In this document: piece after piece, positions 39,832 to 48,988 of the stretch
How positions within the stretch are numbered: position 1 is the stretch's first letter
How the letters are laid out: the number at the start of each line of letters is the position of its first letter
NCBI GenBank assembly: GCA_964628065.1
Contig: CAZVLM010000001.1
Location: 9,357-73,356 of the forward strand
Source: an uncultured Candidatus Saccharibacteria bacterium
GTDB lineage: Bacteria; Patescibacteriota; Minisyncoccia; Phycocordibacterales; UBA1006
Direction of reading: 5' to 3'
Length of the DNA: 64,000 nt
Made by a program: the position numbers and the translations under genes
The notes under the pieces: generated by a model
Databases searched by the model: none
What the model was told of the DNA's origin: nothing
What the model saw: the letters and a program-made list of their open reading frames with translations, nothing else

Positions 39832-41092
39832 TATGATTGCGTACCTGAAGAAAAGATTTCTAGAACGAAGCGCAACTGAACATACGGTAATAAAAAATAC
39901 CGGCTGGCTTTTTGTTGGTGAAGTTGGAAGTCGTATTGCACGAGGCGCGCTTGCAATCATTGCGGCACGAATGCTGGGTGTGTCAGGACTAGGAGCATGG
40001 TCATACGCTGTTGCTCTTTCTGGGTTCTTTACCTTCTTTGAAGATGCTGGCATCGGCATGTTCGTAACACGTGAGTTTGCAAAAGGAAGCGATTCGAAAG
40101 AGTCTATTTTCAGTACTGCGATTGTTCTAAAATTAGGACTACTTGCCCTTGCAATTGCTCTATTCCTCGGTATTGGACCACTCATCAGTGATATTCCTGA
40201 GGCCACAGCAATTCTTCCTATTGTTGCATTGGTATTTGTTTTCGATTCGCTACGAGGATTCTTTTTCTCTATTAGTAGAGCCGAGCAGAAAATGGACACT
40301 GAGTCGAAAGTTCAAATTGTAACGAGCTTGCTGGTAGTGGGACTCGGCGTACTGTTCATGCTCATTTCTCCCACCCCGCTGTCTCTCGCGCTTGGGTATG
40401 CGGCAGGTGGTGGCATTGGCTGTCTGCTTATTTTCCTATCAGTCAAAAAATACATTCCTAACTTGGTTACTTTTTTTTCAAAACAATTGTTTGTACATAT
40501 TTTTAAATCGGCATGGCCTTTTACCATTCTTGCGATTTCAAACATTGTTATCTTTAGTACGGACACCATCCTCCTTGGACATTTTGCGAGCGTGCATGAA
40601 GTGGGTCTGTATGGTGCCGCGAGTCGACTGGTTCAAATTTTTTATATCCTTCCTGCACTCTTTGCAACAGTTACGTTTCCAGTATTCGTTAAAAAATCTG
40701 TCGGTGAAACCGGGATTTGGTTTGCACTTAGAAAGTCGCTCCTCCTTATGACGGCGGTCATGATTCCATTGGTTCTGGTAATGATGTTTGGATCGCATCT
40801 TATTATTAAAATTTTGTTCGGCGCTGAATATGCTCCTGCGGGAATATTATTAGCGGTCCTCTCCCTTTCCTATATTCCTGTATTCATCGGAACCTTATTG
40901 AACAATGTGGTATTTGCGGAGAATAAGCAAAAACAATTTGTGGTCGCGAATATTATTGGAATGGTTATTAACTTAATTCTTAACTTGATCCTTATTCCTA
41001 AGTATCACGCTCTTGGGGCATGTGTATCAACAGTTACCGCCCTTTCGGTAATTACGGCTATTACGGCAATTAAGATGAGATTTTCTAAGTAA
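39824..41092 (+). CDS. Wzx-like oligosaccharide flippase (MOP superfamily)
   Basis: 422 aa with ~12-14 TM helices. Overlaps the preceding gene by 8 nt. Confidence 0.65.
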   Translation: MNNMIAYLKKRFLERSATEHTVIKNTGWLFVGEVGSRIARGALAIIAARMLGVSGLGAWSYAVALSGFFTFFEDAGIGMFVTREFAKGSDSKESIFSTAIVLKLGLLALAIALFLGIGPLISDIPEATAILPIVALVFVFDSLRGFFFSISRAEQKMDTESKVQIVTSLLVVGLGVLFMLISPTPLSLALGYAAGGGIGCLLIFLSVKKYIPNLVTFFSKQLFVHIFKSAWPFTILAISNIVIFSTDTILLGHFASVHEVGLYGAASRLVQIFYILPALFATVTFPVFVKKSVGETGIWFALRKSLLLMTAVMIPLVLVMMFGSHLIIKILFGAEYAPAGILLAVLSLSYIPVFIGTLLNNVVFAENKQKQFVVANIIGMVINLILNLILIPKYHALGACVSTVTALSVITAITAIKMRFSK

Positions 41093-41104
41093 GTATAAAT
41101 TGAC

Positions 41105-41134
41105 AAATACACTTAAATGGTGTATTTTGTTTTT
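41105..41134 (+). terminator. Terminator hairpin (AAATACAC-TTAAATG-GTGTATTT, then TGTTTTT)
   Basis: Immediately downstream of the flippase gene. Confidence 0.5.
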
Positions 41135-41152
41135 GAAACTAAAAACTGAATA

Positions 41153-41761
41153 ATGAGATACAAAACATTACTAACACTCATCTACGGCGAGACGCGAGAC
41201 CGTAAAAGGTCGGCATCGTGGGTTGTATTTTCAACCAACAAGCCGAATTATATCGTGCTCTACCTTGCAGCAGGGAAACTTCCCTTCTCAAGAATACTCC
41301 CACTTAAGGAATTGATGCTTAACGATATTCGAAAGATGCTCGCAGCGAAAGGTTATGTTGAATCTGTGAAGCGGGATCAGGTTTACACCTTCAATAAAGG
41401 CACTCACGAAATACACATCATCCTGCTCGGCGGAAACGCGTGGGGAACGATCGAAGAAACGTACTTGCTTATCAAGCATCTTTTGCTGGATTACCGAGAA
41501 ACCATCCATGTTTTCTCCTCACGCAGCCACTTGCCGAGAATAAAGAGAATATGGGCGCTGTTCGCACCAGAATGGAATGTGGAATGCATTTCAGCAGACG
41601 AAGATATGAGCGACAACCTGAAGTCATTTGAATCGAAAAAAGATACTCAGACGACCGTGTTCTATTGGGTGTATCGTCATTTCGGCGAAACAGGCTTCCA
41701 TATCATTTCGTACTTGAAAAACTTAATCGTAAACCGGATATTGAACCTTCAGGGCGAATGA
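41153..41761 (+). CDS. Hypothetical protein (possibly DUF218/YdcF-like)
   Basis: 202-aa ORF in the glycan locus. The family call is tentative. Confidence 0.3.
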   Translation: MRYKTLLTLIYGETRDRKRSASWVVFSTNKPNYIVLYLAAGKLPFSRILPLKELMLNDIRKMLAAKGYVESVKRDQVYTFNKGTHEIHIILLGGNAWGTIEETYLLIKHLLLDYRETIHVFSSRSHLPRIKRIWALFAPEWNVECISADEDMSDNLKSFESKKDTQTTVFYWVYRHFGETGFHIISYLKNLIVNRILNLQGE

Positions 41762-41781
41762 CCAACTTACAACAAAACATT

Positions 41782-41808
41782 AAGCCGCCTTAGAAAAAGG
41801 CGGCTTTC
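41782..41808. terminator. Bidirectional terminator (AAGCCGCCTT-AGAAA-AAGGCGGCTT)
   Basis: 10-bp stem between convergent genes. Confidence 0.6.
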
Positions 41809-41832
41809 TTATGAAAAAATTATTTAACAAGA

Positions 41833-43041
41833 TTATTTAACAAGTCTGTGGAAAATATTCCTAAACTCTTGCTGTGACTGTTCCGATGAATAATTTTTCT
41901 CTGCAAAGACTCGAGCATTGTTCCCTATCGTCTTCCGGAAAGACTCATCATCAAACACCTTGTTTATGTCGGCCACCCATTTTTTTGTATCCTGCTCCGG
42001 CGCAATCAAAATATTCTTTTCATGCTCCAAGCCTGGAATGCCTGCGGTAGCTGCAGGTGTTGTAATAACTGGAATTCCCATCGCCATTGCTTCCAAAATT
42101 TTTGATGGAGTTCCTCCGGCAAAGCGGATTGGCGCAATCATCAAATTACACCTCTTTGCAACATCCCACACTTCCGGAACAAATCCAGTAAAAACAATTT
42201 GCGAATCTTCAGGATAATTTTGAAGCGATCCTTTTTTTCCAAGCACGTAGAGCATTACCCCGGGAATATTCTTTTTAAGATCTGCCCAAATATCATTCAG
42301 GAAGAACAGGAGCGCGTCTCGATTCGGCTCATATCCCAATCGCCCCATAAAGAAAATATTTTTCTCAGTCGAATCAAGGAGTGACTGATTCCCTATCTTT
42401 GGGCCATGATGAATACATGCAAATTCTATTTCATGTTTATGAGTGTAAAACTTAGAATCGAGGAGGTAGTGGCGGTCGTGTTCTGATACCACATTGAACT
42501 GGTAAAAAGACTCCAGAACTTTAGCTTCATACTTTGTAACACGGTACCCCTCGAAAAGATAAAAGAGTTTTTTAGGAAGCATCAACTGCTTGAGTGATGT
42601 CTTATAATTAAGAGAAATCGCATCGTTAAAATCTATAAGCATTTTCTTTTTAAGATCTGGATCGTACTTGATAAAGTATTCAGTCATGCGAATTTCATGC
42701 ACATAAAAAGCGTCATAGTTTCCAACATTCGTGTCTAACCATTTTTGCGCGTTTCTGAAATGAAACGATTCTGCTTGGAATGGAAGTCCTGACCAAAGCG
42801 CAGGAATAGCACTCATGCCAAACTCTATGAGAGAATACTTAAACAAATGCACCTTTCCAAAATTCTTCTCTAAGTATTCAACCTGATCTGCTGTAACCGC
42901 ATCAATCGTTACAATAAAAAACTCAAGTGAAAAATCCTTCGCAAGTCCTTCGATGACATTGTCCAATATTTTATATCGCGTACCATCAATCGCGGGATAC
43001 GGCATTCGAAATAATGAAATAAGAAGCTTAGGCTTTTGCAT
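41833..43041 (-). CDS. Glycosyltransferase family 1 (GT4-like)
   Basis: The C-terminal ..EAMAMGIPVITTPAATAGIPGLEHEKNILIAPE.. matches the GT-B E-x7-E region. Confidence 0.7.
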   Translation of the reverse strand: MQKPKLLISLFRMPYPAIDGTRYKILDNVIEGLAKDFSLEFFIVTIDAVTADQVEYLEKNFGKVHLFKYSLIEFGMSAIPALWSGLPFQAESFHFRNAQKWLDTNVGNYDAFYVHEIRMTEYFIKYDPDLKKKMLIDFNDAISLNYKTSLKQLMLPKKLFYLFEGYRVTKYEAKVLESFYQFNVVSEHDRHYLLDSKFYTHKHEIEFACIHHGPKIGNQSLLDSTEKNIFFMGRLGYEPNRDALLFFLNDIWADLKKNIPGVMLYVLGKKGSLQNYPEDSQIVFTGFVPEVWDVAKRCNLMIAPIRFAGGTPSKILEAMAMGIPVITTPAATAGIPGLEHEKNILIAPEQDTKKWVADINKVFDDESFRKTIGNNARVFAEKNYSSEQSQQEFRNIFHRLVK

Positions 43042-43924
43042 ACAATTTACGATGATTATTTTGGCCTATGCGTCGCTCAATAAAATAGGTATAGCGACCA
43101 ATAATGCAACGAATGAGAAACCAATAAATATTTTTTACACCGAATTTCCTTCTGAAAATATCTTTATTTTTAATAAGAAGTCGTGCAGTATTTTTCCATA
43201 CCTGCCATTCATACACGTGTCGCTTTTTACGAGAACCTCCCGATTGATTCACGGCTGTATTTTTCAAATGAAATGATAACGTATCTGGAATAAGCCATAG
43301 CTTAAATCCCGCATCCCATGCGCGTAAAAAGAAATCTGTTTCCTCACGGAATGCATTACCACCAAACAACGGGTCGTATTGAACCGACTTAAAGACCTCT
43401 CGCTTCATAAGCATATTCGAATGAAGGCGACTTACCTCTTCTGGTTTTTCTACAACACGTTCAAAATACCCTTCGAAAGGAATATGAGTAAAAATAGGGT
43501 CACGATCGAAATCAGCAAGCTTTTTTGCTGCTTCCATGGTCTGATCTGCATACATATTTACTCTTCGTCCAGCGATAATATCAGCACCATGCTCTTTCAT
43601 TTTTTCAAGCAATATCTTGAAATGATTTTCAGGAAGCAGTACATCATCTTCTCCCATAAAAATATACTCTGCGGATGACAGACTGATACCAACATTTCGA
43701 ATATTAGGAAGCGTCGACTTTTCAGTCATACGGTGGTAAATAATTTGTCCTGGGTGAAGTCGAGATAGCTCATTCACATACTCTGTGGTGTTATCCGTAC
43801 TACAATCGTCAACAAAAATGATCTTCCCTACACCCTCTTGGGAGAAATAAGAATCCATTACCTTGGTTAAGGCTTTGGCTCGGTTATACGTGGGCATTAC
43901 CACATCAATAAGGCCTTGTTTCAT
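43028..43924 (-). CDS. Glycosyltransferase family 2
   Basis: VVMPTYNRAKAL...IIFVDDCSTDNT..FMGEDDVLLP gives the GT-A DxD signature. Confidence 0.7.
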   Translation of the reverse strand: MKQGLIDVVMPTYNRAKALTKVMDSYFSQEGVGKIIFVDDCSTDNTTEYVNELSRLHPGQIIYHRMTEKSTLPNIRNVGISLSSAEYIFMGEDDVLLPENHFKILLEKMKEHGADIIAGRRVNMYADQTMEAAKKLADFDRDPIFTHIPFEGYFERVVEKPEEVSRLHSNMLMKREVFKSVQYDPLFGGNAFREETDFFLRAWDAGFKLWLIPDTLSFHLKNTAVNQSGGSRKKRHVYEWQVWKNTARLLIKNKDIFRRKFGVKNIYWFLIRCIIGRYTYFIERRIGQNNHRKLYAKA

Positions 43925-43964
43925 AGGCTTATTATATCAGAAAATATGATAAGCTGTACTTACT

Positions 43965-44897
43965 ATGAAATCAGCCATCTGCCCCATTTGCCAATCAAAA
44001 ACAACGCCCCTCCTTACAAAAAGCAGCCATCCGTTGACGCAGTGTCCCTCATGCGACCTTATTATGATGGATCCGCAGCCAACTCCAGAGGAACTTAATC
44101 GCTTTTATTCCCCGGAGGCGGGCTACCACGCCGAATATTCGGATGCGTTTATCGCAAAACAGCGCGCGCAGTTCAAGCTTCGCATTAATGCAACCGAAAA
44201 ACTTATTCCTGGGTCATTACGACCTGTAAGAGTTCTTGATATTGGTGCTGCGAACGGACTATTCCTTAATGTGGCAAAAGAGCATAATTGGAACACTGAA
44301 GGTATCGAAATGAATCGATCAAACGCCGACCATTGCCGAAAAAATGGCCATATTATGACAACAGGAAGCTTTGATGATTATACCGCTACACCTGATTCTT
44401 TTTCAGTTGTTCACATGGGAGATGTTATTGAGCACATGCTTGATCCACGTGCTGCTGTAAAAAAATCTCATACTATTCTTGCGCAAAAGGGTCTCCTTGT
44501 TATGGCAACACCAGATGCCGATTCACTTTTTGCAAAACTAAGTTTGCCGATCGCTCGACTTCTTCACATCAGCTGGCCACATGCCCTCCCTCCTGCGCAC
44601 ACATTTCAATTCTCAGAAGATAATCTTACGCTCATGCTGAAACAGGAAGGTTTCGAACCTGTTCATCGCCACTCGCTTCCAATTGGGTTCATGGAAGAAA
44701 TGCGAGAAACAGAATATTTTGAAACGATTTATACTTATATTAAAAAACGCCGAGGCACTCTCGGAGAATTTATTAAAGCCTCTATCATGTTCTGTGTTTC
44801 TGCTGTTATTTATTTCATCCCTTGGGCCATCGGAGAAATCACCTTCCCTCTTACTAGAAAAGGTGCCCATGTTACCGTCTGGTATCAGAAGAAGTAA
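43965..44897 (+). CDS. Class I SAM-dependent methyltransferase with N-terminal Cys4 zinc-ribbon
   Basis: CPICQSK...CPSCDL, then motif I VLDIGAANGLF. Confidence 0.65.
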   Translation: MKSAICPICQSKTTPLLTKSSHPLTQCPSCDLIMMDPQPTPEELNRFYSPEAGYHAEYSDAFIAKQRAQFKLRINATEKLIPGSLRPVRVLDIGAANGLFLNVAKEHNWNTEGIEMNRSNADHCRKNGHIMTTGSFDDYTATPDSFSVVHMGDVIEHMLDPRAAVKKSHTILAQKGLLVMATPDADSLFAKLSLPIARLLHISWPHALPPAHTFQFSEDNLTLMLKQEGFEPVHRHSLPIGFMEEMRETEYFETIYTYIKKRRGTLGEFIKASIMFCVSAVIYFIPWAIGEITFPLTRKGAHVTVWYQKK

Positions 44898-45888
44898 TCT
44901 CATTAAGTAGTGCACTGTACTTTTGATTGAACTGGTCGATGCTGTGATATTCAATAATGTAATTGCGTAGCTCTTGCGAGAGCTGCGCTTTTTCTTGTTC
45001 ACTTTTATGCACCAGCTTTTTAAACGCTTCAAAGTATGCGTCCCCTGTTTGGATATGTACAATACAATCAGCAAATAATCCCTTTTCCTTGAGCTCCGGC
45101 ACGAGCCCTACAGGACTCGCCAGGAACGGCAATCCGCACGCCATAGCATCCATGAGCGCGTACGAACATCCTTCATGAAGACTCGGCAATAAAAACACTT
45201 GAGATTCTTTATAAAGCACCGAAAGTTCTTCCTGTGATTTTCCCTGTGGAACCACCAAATCCCATCCTATACTTCTCAAATAAATGTCCATCTGCTCGAG
45301 TATTTCTTTTCCTTTTGCAATTTCAAAACGACCCACAAAGAGTGCTTGGTTTTTCTTTGTTTTGTCTGAGGGGGCGAAAAGATTTGTATCTACGGCATTA
45401 AGGATGACTCCTACATCTTTTCTTCCGTAAAACATACTCACACTTTTTGCGGTCTCTTTTGATACAGCAATACATTTTATCGCGCGTCGTGCGGCCAATC
45501 CTTCAAAAGATCCCCAAATATAGCGCTTCATAACATACTTAAAAATATTCCTGCTTCTATCAATACGCACCGCAGCGCGCGCAAAGGTGCCATGCTGTAC
45601 GTTTATGGTTGGCTTTCCCGCAATATTCCAACCAAGCATTCCATTAGTAACACAAACATCGAAGCCTTGTTGGAGCGCTTTCCTTCCAAGGAAATACCCT
45701 AACGCCGGCTGCTCAAAGCCTGCATATTTTTTAAGTCTTACTATTAAAGCTTGTAACGGACTCAGATCTTCTTTTGAAAGAATGGATACCTTGTGTCCAT
45801 TCTTAATAAAACAATCTTGCAAGTAAAAACTGAAGCGCTCTACGCCCCCAGACTGAGACTTTGAAGATGAGAGAATGATAATATTCAT
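44872..45888 (-). CDS. Glycosyltransferase family 1
   Basis: ..FVGRFEIAKGKEIL...EGCSYALMDAMACGLPFLASPVG.. matches GT-B. Confidence 0.7.
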   Translation of the reverse strand: MNIIILSSSKSQSGGVERFSFYLQDCFIKNGHKVSILSKEDLSPLQALIVRLKKYAGFEQPALGYFLGRKALQQGFDVCVTNGMLGWNIAGKPTINVQHGTFARAAVRIDRSRNIFKYVMKRYIWGSFEGLAARRAIKCIAVSKETAKSVSMFYGRKDVGVILNAVDTNLFAPSDKTKKNQALFVGRFEIAKGKEILEQMDIYLRSIGWDLVVPQGKSQEELSVLYKESQVFLLPSLHEGCSYALMDAMACGLPFLASPVGLVPELKEKGLFADCIVHIQTGDAYFEAFKKLVHKSEQEKAQLSQELRNYIIEYHSIDQFNQKYSALLNEITSSDTRR

Positions 45889-46853
45889 TACTTGTACTCA
45901 GGAATTTTCCCGAGTGTTCCCGTTAAAATACGAAATACGTTTTTAGCATGCGCCATTGCAATAGCTCTGTAAGGATATTTTTTGAAGAGTGACATAGGAA
46001 ATGCGATAAGCACTTTAATTGACGAAGTAACTACATAAATAATCTTTGCGGCAAGCACCGTTGGCCAGCCGTAATAATTCTTGAAGTAGAACAATGTTCC
46101 GATGTATGAAGCCCGAAGCACTGCATCGCGATCGCGCACTGACGACTTTCCACCCGCATGCACCACTGATGTTGGCGCGTAAAGAATGATCTTTTTCCCA
46201 TTGTTTTTCATTTTCTTCGCAAGGTCAATCATGTCTGCATACGACATGAAATACTGCGGATGAATGCCTCCCACCTTAAGGAATTCTGCCTTTCGTGCCA
46301 TAAAGCACGCACCTCCAATCCAACCCACTTCTGTTGGCTCTGTAATCTTTAGTCGTGCCTGCTTTCGTTTTTTAATCCACGGAAAGATTTCTAGATACTT
46401 TGACTCAAGCGTCTTTCCTAATAGCTCATTCCAAGGCGTAAGATCTTGTCCATACGTTTCTTGCGCTACGCCATATTCATCGGTAATTTTTGGGCCAATA
46501 ATTCCAATCTCTTGATGCTGTTCAAAATATTCAAGCATGCTCAGCATTCCGGGCACCGAAAGTGTCGTGTCGGGATTGATCGAAAGTGCAATATCTGCCT
46601 TTGCAAGGTCAAAGCCCTGAGTAATGCCCACAGCAGAGCCCACATTTTTATCATTAAAATAAAGTCGATATCGGGGATCGTTTTCACAGTGCTCTTTTAA
46701 GTAAGCAATCGTTCCATCTTTTGAAGCATTATCAATGATAATTACCTCTACTTGATCCTTATCAAATTTTTCAACCGCCGCAAGGCATTCCCCTATTTCC
46801 TTCTCAGAAAAGTACGTAACAATGATAATAGACAACCGTTTCGATTCGTTCAT
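45888..46853 (-). CDS. Glycosyltransferase family 2
   Basis: LSIIIVTYFSEKEIGECL...IIDNASKDGT matches GT-A. Confidence 0.7.
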   Translation of the reverse strand: MNESKRLSIIIVTYFSEKEIGECLAAVEKFDKDQVEVIIIDNASKDGTIAYLKEHCENDPRYRLYFNDKNVGSAVGITQGFDLAKADIALSINPDTTLSVPGMLSMLEYFEQHQEIGIIGPKITDEYGVAQETYGQDLTPWNELLGKTLESKYLEIFPWIKKRKQARLKITEPTEVGWIGGACFMARKAEFLKVGGIHPQYFMSYADMIDLAKKMKNNGKKIILYAPTSVVHAGGKSSVRDRDAVLRASYIGTLFYFKNYYGWPTVLAAKIIYVVTSSIKVLIAFPMSLFKKYPYRAIAMAHAKNVFRILTGTLGKIPEYK

Positions 46854-46869
46854 ATATAAGCCGATTTTA

Positions 46870-47676
46870 TCACAGCCCTACTACCTTAGCAACGCGCTTG
46901 ACGCTATATCGAATGCGGTATATAAGCCAGCCCACAATATAGACAAGGTTCATTGGAAACGCTGAATGTTTTGCTCGATCCCATATAATCCTGAGGACTC
47001 GCTCATAATTCTTAAAAATACTCTCATACGAAACATCTCGGCGGAACCGATAAAACGCCAACGGCATAGTTATGGCATAAAAATTACCTAATGCTGACAG
47101 CTTCAGCCACATATCGTAATCCGCAACCATCATAAGATCATAGACTTCAGTAAAGCCTCCTATGCGATCAAACGCCCATTTTGGAACTACCGCTGTCGAT
47201 AAAGTAATCATGTTTCGAAACGGAAGAACCCACAGTAAATTTCCCGAGTATGGCTTACCCAATTCTTTTTGCATCGTCTCCCAAATAAGGTTTGAATATT
47301 GGTCCACCAAATAAGGATCGGTATAACACATGACACATGTTGGATTTGATTCTAATGCGTCAACTTGTCGCGCAAGTTTCTCATCATGCCAATAATCATC
47401 AGCGTCTAGAAACGCCAAATACTTCCCTTTCGAAAGTTTTGCACCATTATTTCGAGCAACTCCACATCCTGCATTTTTTTGAAAAAGGTAAATAATACTG
47501 CCGTCTTTTATATAAGAATCTAGAACCTGTCGTGTATTATCAGTTGATTCATCGTCTACTACAATAACTTCTCGGTGTTTATAGGTCTGGTTGAAAACAC
47601 TTTCAATTGCCTGTATAATCGTAGCACTACTGTTGTATGTTGGAATAATGACACTTACCCACGGTTCCTGTTTCAT
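46870..47676 (-). CDS. Glycosyltransferase family 2
   Basis: VSVIIPTYNSSATI...VVDDESTDNT...FLDADDYW matches GT-A. Confidence 0.75.
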   Translation of the reverse strand: MKQEPWVSVIIPTYNSSATIIQAIESVFNQTYKHREVIVVDDESTDNTRQVLDSYIKDGSIIYLFQKNAGCGVARNNGAKLSKGKYLAFLDADDYWHDEKLARQVDALESNPTCVMCYTDPYLVDQYSNLIWETMQKELGKPYSGNLLWVLPFRNMITLSTAVVPKWAFDRIGGFTEVYDLMMVADYDMWLKLSALGNFYAITMPLAFYRFRRDVSYESIFKNYERVLRIIWDRAKHSAFPMNLVYIVGWLIYRIRYSVKRVAKVVGL

Positions 47677-48951
47677 ATGAATTATTTACCTATTATGCCT
47701 TCTTGGCTCAAAATTGCAACCTGGTTTTTGCTCCTCTCTATTGCAACCATTTTTATTAAGAAGCCCGCTCTCGTCTTTCCAGTGAATATCAATGATGTTT
47801 TTTTAGCGGTAAGTTTCTTGAGTTTTTGTATTGCTGCTTATAAAAAAGAATTGCATATTACTATTTCAAAGAAGAGTTGGATACTTACTGCCCTGATCGC
47901 CTTTTTTCTTATTATAGGATCTATTATTACTTATATCGTTTTCCATAAGCTTACTACAGGAGCGCTGATTGCCTATGCAAGAATTATATCTGTAGGAATC
48001 ATATTTTTTGAGTTGTATATCATCGCGCGAAACGATACCTCTTTTACTTACAAGGCTTTTCTAGCACTTTGTTTTTCGAGCTTCTTTCTTCCTTTAATGT
48101 TTTACATGCCAATGCCAATACGTTCATTTTTTCTTGATCCAAGCGGCCACCGACTTGTAGGACTTCTCGTCGATCCAAACTATTTCGCAAGTTTTCAATT
48201 GGTAGTTACCGCTCTATTGTTTTGGTTTACGATTAGGCCAACAGCTGCAACCATGGGGTTTGTTGGTAAAATTTTATCGTTCGTTCTTTTGTGTTTTTCT
48301 ATCGGATCAATCCTTTGGTCTGGTTCACGAGGAGGATTTTTGGGCTTAGTAGTCATGCTTGTTATGCTTATTGGGTTTGCGGTCTGGAGACTTCCTGTTA
48401 AAAAAAGCTTGTTATCTGTTTTTCTCATTTTCATAGCGTGTATTGGAGGATACTTCGTACTTCCCTCTTATGCGAAAAATAGCGTTGCGCTTCGGATATA
48501 TAATATTCAAAATCCTTATTATGCGCCGACAAAAGAGGTTCCTTTCTTGGAAAAAGTTTCTGGGCAGCAAGACCGTTTCGCATTATGGCAAAGTTCACTG
48601 GTAACAATAATTCACAATCCTTTTGGTTACGGTCCTTCGTATCATGAGGCTGTTAATATTTATGGCGAGCCCAATGATCCCCACCGTGTAGCCCATAACA
48701 CTCTACTAGAAATACTCCTTACGGGAGGTATTGGACTCTTATTAGTTATCGGCATTGCATTATGGCTTATCTTTGCAAATGTTTCTATTAGAAACTCGTT
48801 TGGATCACTGCATGTATTAATTGCTCTACTAGTGGGACTGGGAGCCTCTTCTCTCCTTCTAGATTCCTTATGGACACGGTGGATTTGGATTGTACTGGCA
48901 CTAATTGCAGCAGTCATCTATAATTCCAAGAAGTATTCCGAGAAAAATTAA
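47677..48951 (+). CDS. O-antigen ligase / Wzy-like polymerase family membrane protein. The ORF track start at 47575 would overlap the divergent gene.
   Basis: Multi-TM protein with a Wzy_C-like WSGSRGGFLGLVVMLVML motif. The ATG at 47677 abuts the divergent start at 47676 (CATATG). Confidence 0.55.
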   Translation: MNYLPIMPSWLKIATWFLLLSIATIFIKKPALVFPVNINDVFLAVSFLSFCIAAYKKELHITISKKSWILTALIAFFLIIGSIITYIVFHKLTTGALIAYARIISVGIIFFELYIIARNDTSFTYKAFLALCFSSFFLPLMFYMPMPIRSFFLDPSGHRLVGLLVDPNYFASFQLVVTALLFWFTIRPTAATMGFVGKILSFVLLCFSIGSILWSGSRGGFLGLVVMLVMLIGFAVWRLPVKKSLLSVFLIFIACIGGYFVLPSYAKNSVALRIYNIQNPYYAPTKEVPFLEKVSGQQDRFALWQSSLVTIIHNPFGYGPSYHEAVNIYGEPNDPHRVAHNTLLEILLTGGIGLLLVIGIALWLIFANVSIRNSFGSLHVLIALLVGLGASSLLLDSLWTRWIWIVLALIAAVIYNSKKYSEKN

Positions 48952-48988
48952 AATAAAAAACATCCTTTTAAAAGGATGTTTTTTATTT

